Positions 53,706-62,069 of a stretch of DNA of 64,000 nt are shown one piece after another. Positions within the stretch are counted from its first letter, which is position 1, and the number at the start of each line of letters is the position of its first letter. Under the pieces are notes generated by a model, which worked only from the letters and a program-made list of their open reading frames with translations, was not told where the DNA came from and searched no databases. The stretch is from Candidatus Saccharimonadales bacterium (GTDB taxonomy: Bacteria; Patescibacteriota; Saccharimonadia; Saccharimonadales; EFPC-124): assembly GCA_035280845.1 (NCBI GenBank), contig DATEFB010000004.1, positions 18,341-82,340 of the forward strand, written 5' to 3'. Both the position numbers and the translations under genes were made by a program.

Positions 53706-55943
53706 TTAAATATAGTTTGCAGTGAGCGAGTGCGGTGCTTTTTGCAGGTCGCGCGGCGTGCCTTCAAACATGACTGTGCCGCCTTTGCTGCCACCTTCGG
53801 GCCCCATGTCTATAATCCAGTCGGCGTTGCGGATAACGTCCAGGTTGTGCTCAATGACAATCACGGTGTTACCGCTATCTACTAGGCGGTTCATTATTTC
53901 GAGCAAATGGGCGACATTCGACATATGCAGGCCGGTTGTCGGCTCATCCATAACATAAATGCTCCCTTTTTTGTGTAGTTCGCTGGCAAGTTTAATGCGC
54001 TGGCATTCACCGCCCGACAAAGTACTGAGTGGCTGGCCAAGTGTCAGGTAGTCCAAGCCGACATCGCTCATTGCCTGAAGGCGTTTCGCAACTTCTTTGA
54101 TTTCAAAGAATTGGAGCGCTTCGGCAACTGTCATCTCGAGCACGTCGGCGATTGACTTTCCCTGTAGTGTGTACGCGAGCACTTCATCTTTGAAGCGTTT
54201 TCCATGGCAGACGTCGCAGGGTAATTTAATACCATCCAGGAACCCAAGGTCGGTGTAGGTGACACCGAGGCCTTGGCAGTTTTCGCAGGCGCCCTTGCTG
54301 TTAAAACTGAACAGGCCGGGCTGTACCTTGTTGGCCGCGGCGAATGCCTTGCGGACATCATCCATGATGCCCGTGTACGTTGCCGGGTTGCTGCGGGTAC
54401 TGGTGCCGACAGCAGCCTGGTTAATAACAATGGCTTCCGGGTGCGCAGGCACGAATACCTGGTTTATCAGTGAGCTCTTACCCGAACCGGCCACACCCGT
54501 AATGGCCGTCATGACGCCCATCGGAATGGTAACGCTTACGTCGTGCACGTTGTTTTTTGTGGCGTGTTCTATGGGGATAGCACCTTTTGCCTGTCGTACA
54601 GTTTCTTTAAGCGGCAGGTGCTGTTTAAGGTGGTTGCCGGTGAGCGTACCCGATGCAAGGAGGCCCTCATAGCTGCCTTCGTACATAATCTGTCCGCCAG
54701 CCGCTCCGGCATGGGGGCCAACATCGACAACGTGGTCGGCAACTTTTATAACGTCGGGATCATGCTCTACGACAATAATGGTATTACCTTTGTCGCGAAG
54801 TTTTACGAGCATTTCATTTAGGCGGTGCACGTCACGCGGGTGCAGGCCGACACTTGGCTCGTCGAAAATATACATCACGTCGACAAGGCTGCTGCTAAGA
54901 TGTTTAACCATTTTGATGCGCTGCGACTCGCCGCCGCTAAGCGTGTCTGTTTCGCGGTTGAGGCTCAGGTAGTCCAGGCCAATATCAGCGACATGCTGCA
55001 GGCGCTCCAGCAAAGTCTGTACCATCGTCTTGGCTTCGGGCTCATCGATAGTGCGGATTACGTCGATGAGTTCGCCAACTTCCATTTTAGAGAGTTCGGC
55101 AATGGTGTGGCCGCCTACTTTTGCGCTGAGCGCAGCCTGGCTTAGCCGGTCACCTTTACACAGCGGGCACTCACCCATTTGAATGTATGGAGCCACTGCT
55201 TTTTGAGTGCGTTCGCTGAGCGTTTTTAAGTCGCGCCGGATGTACGAGTTGGTGAGCTTCTCGATGATACCCATGTATGTTGCATTCATGGTGCCGTTGC
55301 CGACAGTCAACTTAAACTTGCGGTCTTTGCCGTGCATCAGCAGGTCCATTTCTTCAGCGGTAAAGTCACGCAGTTTCTTGTCGTTATCAAAAAAACCTGA
55401 CTCTTTATAGGCGTTTGATTCCCACCCAACCAAAAGCGGTACCTGGATGCCGCCTTCGTTAATGGATTTGTCGAGATCCAGGAAACCATCGGATTTGATA
55501 GTCATCTTTTTACCAAGGCCGCCGCACTCGGGGCACATGCCAGCCGGGTCATTAAACGAAAACGCGTTGCTATAGCCTACATATGGCTTGCTCACGCGCG
55601 AGAACAGCAGCCGCAGGACCGAATAAATATCGGTGATGGTTCCCATGGTCGAGTGTGACCCGCCACCCAGGCGTTTTTGGTCCACGACTACCGACATGCT
55701 CAGGTTTTCGATCGCATCGGCTTCTGGCTGGGGGTAGCGTGGCAGGAAGTTCCTAATGAAAGTACTAAAGTTCTCGTTCAGCTGGCGCTGGGCTTCGGTT
55801 GCAATGGTATCGAACACGATTGACGATTTGCCCGAACCCGATACACCCGTAAAAATAGTGATCTTCCGTTTTGGAATGCGCAAAGACACGTCTTTTAGGT
55901 TGTTCTCGCGTGCTCCCCTGATTTCGATGAATTCTTGTGCCAT
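53706..55943 (-). CDS. Short UvrA paralogue (excinuclease-ATPase-like, lacking the UvrB-binding region)
   Basis: 745 aa: two ABC modules (GVSGSGKSS...LSGGESQRIKM; GVAGSGKSS...LSGGECQRIKLA), zinc modules CPECGG, CPLCKG, CENCQG, CDVCHG. About 200 aa shorter than canonical UvrA. Confidence 0.85.
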   Translation of the reverse strand: MAQEFIEIRGARENNLKDVSLRIPKRKITIFTGVSGSGKSSIVFDTIATEAQRQLNENFSTFIRNFLPRYPQPEADAIENLSMSVVVDQKRLGGGSHSTMGTITDIYSVLRLLFSRVSKPYVGYSNAFSFNDPAGMCPECGGLGKKMTIKSDGFLDLDKSINEGGIQVPLLVGWESNAYKESGFFDNDKKLRDFTAEEMDLLMHGKDRKFKLTVGNGTMNATYMGIIEKLTNSYIRRDLKTLSERTQKAVAPYIQMGECPLCKGDRLSQAALSAKVGGHTIAELSKMEVGELIDVIRTIDEPEAKTMVQTLLERLQHVADIGLDYLSLNRETDTLSGGESQRIKMVKHLSSSLVDVMYIFDEPSVGLHPRDVHRLNEMLVKLRDKGNTIIVVEHDPDVIKVADHVVDVGPHAGAAGGQIMYEGSYEGLLASGTLTGNHLKQHLPLKETVRQAKGAIPIEHATKNNVHDVSVTIPMGVMTAITGVAGSGKSSLINQVFVPAHPEAIVINQAAVGTSTRSNPATYTGIMDDVRKAFAAANKVQPGLFSFNSKGACENCQGLGVTYTDLGFLDGIKLPCDVCHGKRFKDEVLAYTLQGKSIADVLEMTVAEALQFFEIKEVAKRLQAMSDVGLDYLTLGQPLSTLSGGECQRIKLASELHKKGSIYVMDEPTTGLHMSNVAHLLEIMNRLVDSGNTVIVIEHNLDVIRNADWIIDMGPEGGSKGGTVMFEGTPRDLQKAPHSLTANYI

Positions 55944-55958
55944 ATCCTAAATTCTACG

Positions 55959-57302
55959 TTATTTTGTAAGGTATTGGGCCGAAAGCTGGCGGTAATATTT
56001 TGAACTTAACGCCATGAGCGTGACAATCAAACCAATAACGCCCGCGATAACAAACACCAGCGCGATGCCACGGTTGGCACCCGTGCCGAACCAGCTCCCT
56101 ATTGCCTGTGCGCCTGCTCCGTCGGTCATGAACGGAATAAAGAACAATTGCGTCAGCGGGCCAATCAAAAATGCTGTTAGGGGTGACGCGGCCTGCTCAA
56201 CACTCTGGGCAAAGCCGAATACGCGGCCCTGCCGTTCGTGTGGCACGACTTTTTGCAGGATGGTTTGTTCGGTTGCCTCGACAATTGGCATAAGACACAT
56301 GTACACAAAAATACCAACGCCAAGCAGCCAGATCCATGGCTGGATGGTGAACAACGCCGAGATTACCCACAACACAACGTTGGCCAAAAGCATTGTTTTG
56401 AGCGGGTTTTTGCCCAGGCCCTTTTTAGCAATAACAAGCCCGCCCGCAATGAAGCCCAGGCTCACCACGCCCCACAAAAAGCCCCACATCTGGACTGACA
56501 TAAGTGACAGGCCGTAGGCGTCCATGAGCGCCATAAAGCCGCCGCCCAAAAAGTTGTTGAATGTCGTGAACAGAATCAGCGCGACTAGGCCGGGAATGCC
56601 CACGACAATCTTCCATGTGCCCTTGAGGTCTACTTTTTTTGGCGCTGCATCGGTGTGGACGATTCTCTTTTCGGGTACGGTAATAACTCCCAAATGCACT
56701 AAAGCAAGCAGCGTTGCGAAGATCGCCAGAATCAGTACGTAGAACATGCCGCCCCAGCCAACAAGCACACCACTAATAAATGACGTCACTAACATGGCGA
56801 TGCCCATGGTGCTTCCCACGAGGCCGTTGGCTTTGTCGCGCCTGCCTTCGGGAATCAGAATGGTCACGGTGGTCGGCAGCGCAATGTTGCGTATGTTCCC
56901 TACCAGTACGCCAAACATGACCACGCTAATAAGCACCCAGAGCGATACGCTCGCCGGGTCCTTAAACGTTGTCTGGTCGGCTAGCTGGTAGATGGCGAAC
57001 GCGACTATATAAAAGACGAGCGAGACAAGGCTCGACCACATCATGATTTGTTTTTTGCGGTGATGGTCGACCAAGCTGCCGAACCAAATGCCAGTCAGTG
57101 CCGTAAAGACCACGTAAATACCAGCGATCACGCCCGTTACAAATACGGACTGGGTCTCAAGGTAAGCGTAAAATGTTATCGCGAACCAGACCGTAAAGTT
57201 AATGATTGATGCCAGCAAGGTGTTGCTGAGCAGGTGGTAAAACGACCGCAGGCCGCCCGCCGGAGTGTCTTTTAATGGAGTTGTTTTTGTAGGTGATGCC
57301 AT
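55959..57302 (-). CDS. MFS transporter
   Basis: 447 aa, 12-14 hydrophobic segments, 15 nt downstream of the UvrA paralogue. Confidence 0.85.
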   Translation of the reverse strand: MASPTKTTPLKDTPAGGLRSFYHLLSNTLLASIINFTVWFAITFYAYLETQSVFVTGVIAGIYVVFTALTGIWFGSLVDHHRKKQIMMWSSLVSLVFYIVAFAIYQLADQTTFKDPASVSLWVLISVVMFGVLVGNIRNIALPTTVTILIPEGRRDKANGLVGSTMGIAMLVTSFISGVLVGWGGMFYVLILAIFATLLALVHLGVITVPEKRIVHTDAAPKKVDLKGTWKIVVGIPGLVALILFTTFNNFLGGGFMALMDAYGLSLMSVQMWGFLWGVVSLGFIAGGLVIAKKGLGKNPLKTMLLANVVLWVISALFTIQPWIWLLGVGIFVYMCLMPIVEATEQTILQKVVPHERQGRVFGFAQSVEQAASPLTAFLIGPLTQLFFIPFMTDGAGAQAIGSWFGTGANRGIALVFVIAGVIGLIVTLMALSSKYYRQLSAQYLTK

Positions 57303-57314
57303 GCAGGTCCTTGC

Positions 57315-58652
57315 TTACGGTTCAATATTATAGTTTTGACGGAACAGGTTGTCTGGGTCATATGTACGCTTTATGACGGCCAGTTTTTCGTGCGTAGCGG
57401 TAGGGTATGCAGCTGCCAAATCATGCGCGTCGGCTTGGCTTAGCAGGTTGGCGTATGCACCGTTGCCCGTTGCGGACAGTGCTTTCCAGGGCTGCAGACC
57501 TTGTTCAATTGTTTCGGCACTGGCGTCTCCCGGAAAGAACGACGCTCCAACCAGCAGAATTTCGCTACTGCGGTGCGCAAATGCCGTAGCATCGGACGCG
57601 ATCCGGTTCATAGCGCCGCCCACGCTGCGGATTTGCAAGACTGGCGCGGGCGCCCCTTCTTTGTAGAGTGCAGCTATATCATGAATAAGCTCGTCGGTCA
57701 TGGCGTCCATAAACACGTTTTTGGCGACGACGTGCATGCCTCCTGGCGGATGTGCTTCTTGCAGAACGTCGGCGTAGGCCATTGGCTTAATATCTGTCAC
57801 AGGGTTGTTGCCCAGCTTTGTGAGCGGCGCAATAGTGGCGTTTGCCTCGGCTTCGTCGGTGCTGGCATAACAGACTGCAATAGTGGCATTGGCGGGCGCA
57901 TTGGGGCCAAATGACGGGAATGTTATAAGCATGCTGCTTAGCTTTTCGTCGGCGGTGCGCATGGTGTCGCGCCAGCCTGTTAGTACGGCGGGCAAATCCT
58001 GTATGCCGTATTTAATTGAGCCAGATACGACCCCTTCTAATGGGTGCGCTGTAAAGTCAAAATGAGTAACGACGCCGAAGTTTCCGCCGCCGCCGCGAAT
58101 GCCCCAGAACAGGTCTGCGTTTTCTTGTGCGCTTAGCCGCAGGACTTCGCCGCTGGCTGTGACAATTTCTGCCCCGACCAAACTGTCGATAGCCAGGCCA
58201 TATTGCCGCACCATCCAGCCAATGCCGCCGCCGAGGGTTAGCCCCCCAACACCTACAGTGGTTGTGTCGCCCGAAGAGAGCGCCAGGTTGTGTTCACCCA
58301 GGGTTTTGGCAACGGCGCCCCATTCTGCTCCGGAGCCAATCCGCACCAGACGGGCGTGGGCATCAAGAATCTCTACTGAGTTCAGGGCGCGCACGTCTAT
58401 AACAATGCCGCCTTCGTTTGTGCCAAACCCGGGGCCACTGTGTCCGCCGCTGCGCACCGAGAGCGGGCCGCCAACTTCTTTTGCGTAGGCAATCGCCGCA
58501 ACAACATCCTCCGTGGTGTGTGGTTGCAATACAACGGCTGGCGATCCTGTCCGCATCATGGTTTTGCGGGCTTCCTCGTAGCCGGAATCCTCTGGGAGAA
58601 TAATGTTCCCGCTGAATGTTTGCTTGAGGGTGACGATGGCGTTGGTGCTCAT
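57315..58652 (-). CDS. FAD-binding (PCMH-type) oxidoreductase with BBE-like C-terminus; paralogue of 9186-10529
   Basis: 445 aa: SVRSGGHSGPG, GGGIGWMVRQYGLAIDSL, WGIRGGGGNFGVV, KLAVIKRTYDPDNLFRQNYNIEP. Confidence 0.85.
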   Translation of the reverse strand: MSTNAIVTLKQTFSGNIILPEDSGYEEARKTMMRTGSPAVVLQPHTTEDVVAAIAYAKEVGGPLSVRSGGHSGPGFGTNEGGIVIDVRALNSVEILDAHARLVRIGSGAEWGAVAKTLGEHNLALSSGDTTTVGVGGLTLGGGIGWMVRQYGLAIDSLVGAEIVTASGEVLRLSAQENADLFWGIRGGGGNFGVVTHFDFTAHPLEGVVSGSIKYGIQDLPAVLTGWRDTMRTADEKLSSMLITFPSFGPNAPANATIAVCYASTDEAEANATIAPLTKLGNNPVTDIKPMAYADVLQEAHPPGGMHVVAKNVFMDAMTDELIHDIAALYKEGAPAPVLQIRSVGGAMNRIASDATAFAHRSSEILLVGASFFPGDASAETIEQGLQPWKALSATGNGAYANLLSQADAHDLAAAYPTATHEKLAVIKRTYDPDNLFRQNYNIEP

Positions 58653-58739
58653 GCGGCTTCCTTTTTAGGTTTTTGCAATCAGATACAAACTAGTCTACCC
58701 ATTTTACTTTTATCAAGCAAGTATGCTAGGTTATCACCA

Positions 58740-59201
58740 GTGAAACGAGCAGATAACAAATCTCACTGCCCTGTCAACTTTGCTCTCGAGTCTTTTGGCG
58801 ACCCGTGGACCCTTTTAATTGTCCGCGACATTGCCTATTTTGGCAAAAAAACGTATGGCGATTTCTTGGAGTCTGAAGAAGCGATTGCCACCAGTGTTCT
58901 TGCCAGCCGCCTTATTGCCATGGAACAAAAAGGAATCCTGCTTAAAACCCAGCACCCGACTGACCGGCGTAAAGAAATCTACACGCTAACCGAAAAGGGC
59001 CTAGATTTGATTCCAGTGATCCTGGAGATGTCGGGTTGGGCCACGCATTACGACCCTCACACTGGCGCACCAAAGCAGTTTGTCGCCGCTGTCTATGCCA
59101 ACCGTGACGCTATGTTTGCCCTTGTTCGCGAGACCGTTCAAGCTGGCGGTTCCATTTTTGTCGGGCCCAATAGCGTGGTCCGCAAAATGGCCGCACAGTA
59201 A
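58740..59201 (+). CDS. HxlR-family transcriptional regulator
   Basis: GTG 58740 (VKRADNKSHCPVNFALESFGDPWTLLIVRDIAYFGKKTYGDF...). The longer track ORF from 58440 is antisense to the FAD oxidase gene. Confidence 0.8.
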   Translation: MKRADNKSHCPVNFALESFGDPWTLLIVRDIAYFGKKTYGDFLESEEAIATSVLASRLIAMEQKGILLKTQHPTDRRKEIYTLTEKGLDLIPVILEMSGWATHYDPHTGAPKQFVAAVYANRDAMFALVRETVQAGGSIFVGPNSVVRKMAAQ

Positions 59202-59217
59202 CTGGTATACTAAAGGT

Positions 59218-59946
59218 ATGAAGAAGTTTGTCATTATTGCTATTGCAGTTGTTGTGCTTGCCGGTGGTGGCATTGCGGCTTTTATGTTCCTGAATAAAAA
59301 AGAAGAGACTCAGGCTCCGCAAACGCAGCAGCCTGCGAAAGATGCTTTTAATAAAACGCAATATTCTATTACCGAACCGGGCAGCCCTTGGTGGCTTGTC
59401 AACAAGCAGCGGCCAATCGCCGACGACGACTATGCTCCTGGTGAGCTGGTCGCGCCAAATATCAAGTTACGATGGGCGCCAATCGCCGAATCCATGCAGG
59501 TAAGTAAGCAGATTGCGCCAGCACTCGAACAAATGTACAAAGGGTCGCAGACGGCAGGGTTTGACCTAATGCTGATCAGCGGCTACCGTTCGGCCAAAAC
59601 CCAGAAAGAACTGTACGATGGCTACGTGGCGCAGCACGGCCAGGCAGAGGCAGACCGGTTTAGTGCCCGTCCCGGAACCAGCGAGCACCAGACTGGCCTG
59701 GTTGTAGACCTCGGTCGTGCCGACAAAAATTGCGAGCTCGAGACCTGCTTTGGCGAAACGGCCGAAGGCAAATGGCTGGCAGAGCACGCTCACGAGTATG
59801 GTTTTATCATCCGTTACCCGCAAGGCAAAGAAGCTATTGTGGGGTATCAGTACGAGCCATGGCACTTGCGCTACGTTGGCCCTGAGCTGGCGGCTGAATT
59901 ATTCCGGACTAAACAAACGATGGAAGAATTTTTCGTAGGCAGGTAA
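59218..59946 (+). CDS. M15B D-alanyl-D-alanine carboxypeptidase (VanY-like), membrane anchored
   Basis: ATG 59218 (MKKFVIIAIAVVVLAGGGIAAF). SGYRSAKTQKELY, ARPGTSEHQTGLVVDL, EYGFIIRYP, YEPWHLRYVG. Confidence 0.8.
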   Translation: MKKFVIIAIAVVVLAGGGIAAFMFLNKKEETQAPQTQQPAKDAFNKTQYSITEPGSPWWLVNKQRPIADDDYAPGELVAPNIKLRWAPIAESMQVSKQIAPALEQMYKGSQTAGFDLMLISGYRSAKTQKELYDGYVAQHGQAEADRFSARPGTSEHQTGLVVDLGRADKNCELETCFGETAEGKWLAEHAHEYGFIIRYPQGKEAIVGYQYEPWHLRYVGPELAAELFRTKQTMEEFFVGR

Positions 59947-59997
59947 GCAAAAAACCCGCCACCGGGATGGCGAGCGGGGTGTCTGATATTTGAGCTG

Positions 59998-60042
59998 GCC
60001 GTGGCCACGAGTGCCGGTGTCCGAGCAATTCGTGGCCACGGC
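59998..60042 (-). terminator. GC-rich hairpin downstream of the HIT gene
   Basis: Perfect 13-bp stem gccgtggccacga / tcgtggccacggc with a 19-nt loop, 10 nt after the stop. A second weaker stem with a T-run on the minus strand lies at about 59947-59975. Confidence 0.55.
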
Positions 60043-60052
60043 TGTGGCAGCG

Positions 60053-60475
60053 TCAGGCGTGGCTGCCGCACAAGGTGTGCGCAGCGGCCATCTGGTTCAG
60101 CAGTTCGATGATCGCCGCCATGCCCAGTTCGAACGACGCCATGGTCTCATCCTCGTGGTCGCGCGTCAGGACCCAGAAGTGCACGTGTTGCACTCGCTGG
60201 CCCGCCCGACGACCGACGTTGATGCTGATGTTGTAGTTCTCATGCGATTCCGGGACCTGGTCGATCAGATCCATCAGCGTCTGCATCCAGAACTGCGGCA
60301 GGTCGCGCAGCGACTCGATGTGCTCCTTGGGGATCACGAAGTATGCGTGTTCGATCACCTCGGTCGTCCCCGGACGCAGCACGGCGATCAGGTACGCGTC
60401 ATCATTCTGCGCGATGAGCTTGACCATGCCGTTCGCAACACAGAACGGACAACGTGGCCGGGCCTGCTGGCCCAT
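60053..60475 (-). CDS. HIT-family (histidine triad) nucleotide hydrolase/transferase
   Basis: 140 aa: CPFCVANG, FVIPKEHIESL, histidine triad VQHVHFWVL. AGGAGG 5 nt upstream of the ATG. Confidence 0.8.
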   Translation of the reverse strand: MGQQARPRCPFCVANGMVKLIAQNDDAYLIAVLRPGTTEVIEHAYFVIPKEHIESLRDLPQFWMQTLMDLIDQVPESHENYNISINVGRRAGQRVQHVHFWVLTRDHEDETMASFELGMAAIIELLNQMAAAHTLCGSHA

Positions 60476-60560
60476 GGTCCACCTCCTGGTGTGATGGAAT
60501 TTCAGACGTTGTTGATTATATAATCTTATTGAAATTTTTAAAATAGAGTTGTATCAAATA

Positions 60561-60589
60561 TTGACATAAACGTAATATAATTATATTAT
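60561..60589 (+). promoter_or_regulatory. Sigma70-like promoter overlapped by a 16-bp perfect palindrome
   Basis: TTGACA (60561-60566), 17 nt, TATTAT (60584-60589). The palindrome taatataattatatta spans 60573-60588, about 25 nt upstream of the channel ORF. Confidence 0.4.
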
Positions 60590-60614
60590 ATTTTCGTCAA
60601 CCTTCAAGACACGA

Positions 60615-61148
60615 TTGGACGTGATTAAGGTGTTGCGTACTGTGTTGGGGCCTCTTGCCCGCTTCATCGTCGCAATGACCAGCAGGCTCTACTGGGTGCT
60701 TCTGGCCTACGTCATCACCCGCGCCATCGCCGTGCTGGTGATGATGAAGCTGGAGGGCTGGAAGCCCGTTGAGGCGTACTGGTGGGGCGAGGTCTCCTCG
60801 CTGACCATCGGTTACGGCGACTACGCGCCGAAGTCAACTACGGGCCGCCTGTTGGCGGGTCCCTTCCAGTTCTTCTGGGTGTTCTACTGCGGTCCAGCCA
60901 TCATCGGCCATGTCGTGGCGTTCCTGTTCCGAAACATCCACATCCTGACGCACAGCGAGCAGGAGTGGCTCTTTCGGGTGACGGGCATCGTGTACGACTG
61001 GGTCCGGTGGATGGTTCTGGTCCTTCAGAAGATCGCCCTCAAGCTAGGTGTCAGTGACCTGCCACCGCTGCCACACGCCGACGGGAGCGGTCTTCCCAGG
61101 CTGTGCCCGGAACAGGCGCCTGACACCGATTTCGCAGAGCAAGTCTGA
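60615..61148 (+). CDS. Minimal two-TM potassium channel (KcsA/Kcv-like pore)
   Basis: The K+ selectivity filter SLTIGYGDYAP is flanked by two hydrophobic helices, followed by a ~70-aa tail without a recognisable RCK/CNB domain. Start uncertain (TTG 60615, GTG 60621/60630, ATG 60675). Confidence 0.75.
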   Translation: MDVIKVLRTVLGPLARFIVAMTSRLYWVLLAYVITRAIAVLVMMKLEGWKPVEAYWWGEVSSLTIGYGDYAPKSTTGRLLAGPFQFFWVFYCGPAIIGHVVAFLFRNIHILTHSEQEWLFRVTGIVYDWVRWMVLVLQKIALKLGVSDLPPLPHADGSGLPRLCPEQAPDTDFAEQV

Positions 61149-61313
61149 CATGCTCCACTCGTCCCTACGAGGGCTGACGCAGGCCTTTCCCATACCCGGG
61201 AGAGGCCTTCGTCATATCTTGGTATAAAAATGGCCTCGCTATGGAGGCATGTATTGCAAAATCTAGCCCGTGACGGGCGGCCGGCAGAACGCCAGGCCAC
61301 CCGTCACGAGTTG

Positions 61314-61949
61314 TCAGTGCCCTTGCTGTATCAGCTGGGCAGCCGCGCAGGCCAGACGGATCATCCACTGGTGGTCGGGCTCGCGCTGGGCGAGCTTCTC
61401 ACCGTGCGCACCGTCCAGGAGTGCCAGGATGTCTGCGATGCTCATCCACTTGAAGTCGAGCACCTTGCCCTCTTCGAGCGGCATCGTCGTCGGGTCGAGG
61501 TCGGGCAACACGAGCAGGAAGTTGTGCGAGAACGAGCGGTCCTGCCACCCGTCTTCGGTGGTGAAGTTGCCGCGCGTGACGCCGATGTACCGGCAGAGCG
61601 GCGTGTGGATGATGTCACGGGTCAGACCAGTGACGCCACCCTCTTCGTTCCCCTCCCGGATGCCCGTGTCGAAGGCGTGCAGGATGATGTCCAGCGGCGG
61701 CTCGTTGCCAAGCGCAGCCGGCACTCGTGCCGACATGTGCCCGGCCCAGCCGATCGGGTCACGCGCATCCCGCATGTGACCGCACTGCGGACCCCGGAAC
61801 TGCGTGAGCAGGTTGCCCCGCCCATCGGTCACGAAGAAGTGCACACAGGCGTGGTAGTCGCCGTCGGCGTGGACCTTCTTCTTGCCCTTGACCTCGCCGG
61901 TGGGTTCACCAGCGGAAGTCAGGACCTCGATCAATTCGTCTGCCACCAC
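61314..61949 (-). CDS. NUDIX hydrolase (divergent Nudix box)
   Basis: About 211 aa from GTG 61949/61946 (GAAAGGA upstream). VHADGDYHACVHFFVTDGRGNLLTQFR and Nudix box GH...IREGNEEGGV. The track ORF extends artefactually to 62342 across the neighbouring gene. Confidence 0.7.
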   Translation of the reverse strand: MVADELIEVLTSAGEPTGEVKGKKKVHADGDYHACVHFFVTDGRGNLLTQFRGPQCGHMRDARDPIGWAGHMSARVPAALGNEPPLDIILHAFDTGIREGNEEGGVTGLTRDIIHTPLCRYIGVTRGNFTTEDGWQDRSFSHNFLLVLPDLDPTTMPLEEGKVLDFKWMSIADILALLDGAHGEKLAQREPDHQWMIRLACAAAQLIQQGH

Positions 61950-61988
61950 AGGTCCTTTCTCGGTGTGTGGCGTGTGTAGAGCCTGGCG

Positions 61989-62036
61989 TGTAAAATCAAA
62001 GTAAGTAAAGTTGATTTTACAAAAACTGATTTTACA
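61989..62036. promoter_or_regulatory. Candidate operator: inverted plus direct repeats of TGATTTTACA
   Basis: tgtaaaatcaa (61989-61999) and ttgattttaca (62011-62021) form a perfect 11-bp inverted repeat with an 11-nt spacer. A third copy, tgattttaca, lies at 62027-62036. All sit in the divergent spacer between the two Nudix genes. Confidence 0.45.
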
Positions 62037-62069
62037 ATATTTTCGACAAAAAAGGAAGTAGAATACAAT

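Larger units (their letters stand above)
59947..61985. other. GC3-rich compositional island E (three genes: HIT, K+ channel, Nudix)
   Basis: Hand counts: 37/60 (60121-60180), 38/60 (60721-60780) and 37/60 (61441-61500) G+C, with almost all codons G/C-ending. An 85-bp very AT-rich spacer (60530-60614) interrupts it. Antisense shadow ORFs are present. Confidence 0.6.

Noticed and set aside
205-60042. Idea that the GC-rich hairpins after the foreign genes are integron attC sites, making the islands gene cassettes.
   Set aside because: The islands are scattered, occur in both orientations and are separated by backbone genes rather than forming a tandem array. There is no intI gene or attI, and I saw no GTTRRRY/RYYYAAC core sites flanking the stems. 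They read better as donor-type intrinsic terminators.
59990-60523. 177-aa plus-strand ORF overlapping the HIT gene.
   Set aside because: It has no motifs and is antisense to an ORF with a clear histidine triad, a CPFC N-terminus and an AGGAGG Shine-Dalgarno.
61230-61979. 249-aa plus-strand ORF, and the extension of the minus-strand track ORF up to 62342.
   Set aside because: The plus ORF is an antisense artefact (RRVEVGQHEQEVVRERAV-type sequence). The Nudix box, an RBS and a GTG start at 61949/61946 support the minus frame. The 5' extension to 62342 runs through the AT-rich operator region and overlaps the wHTH-Nudix gene.
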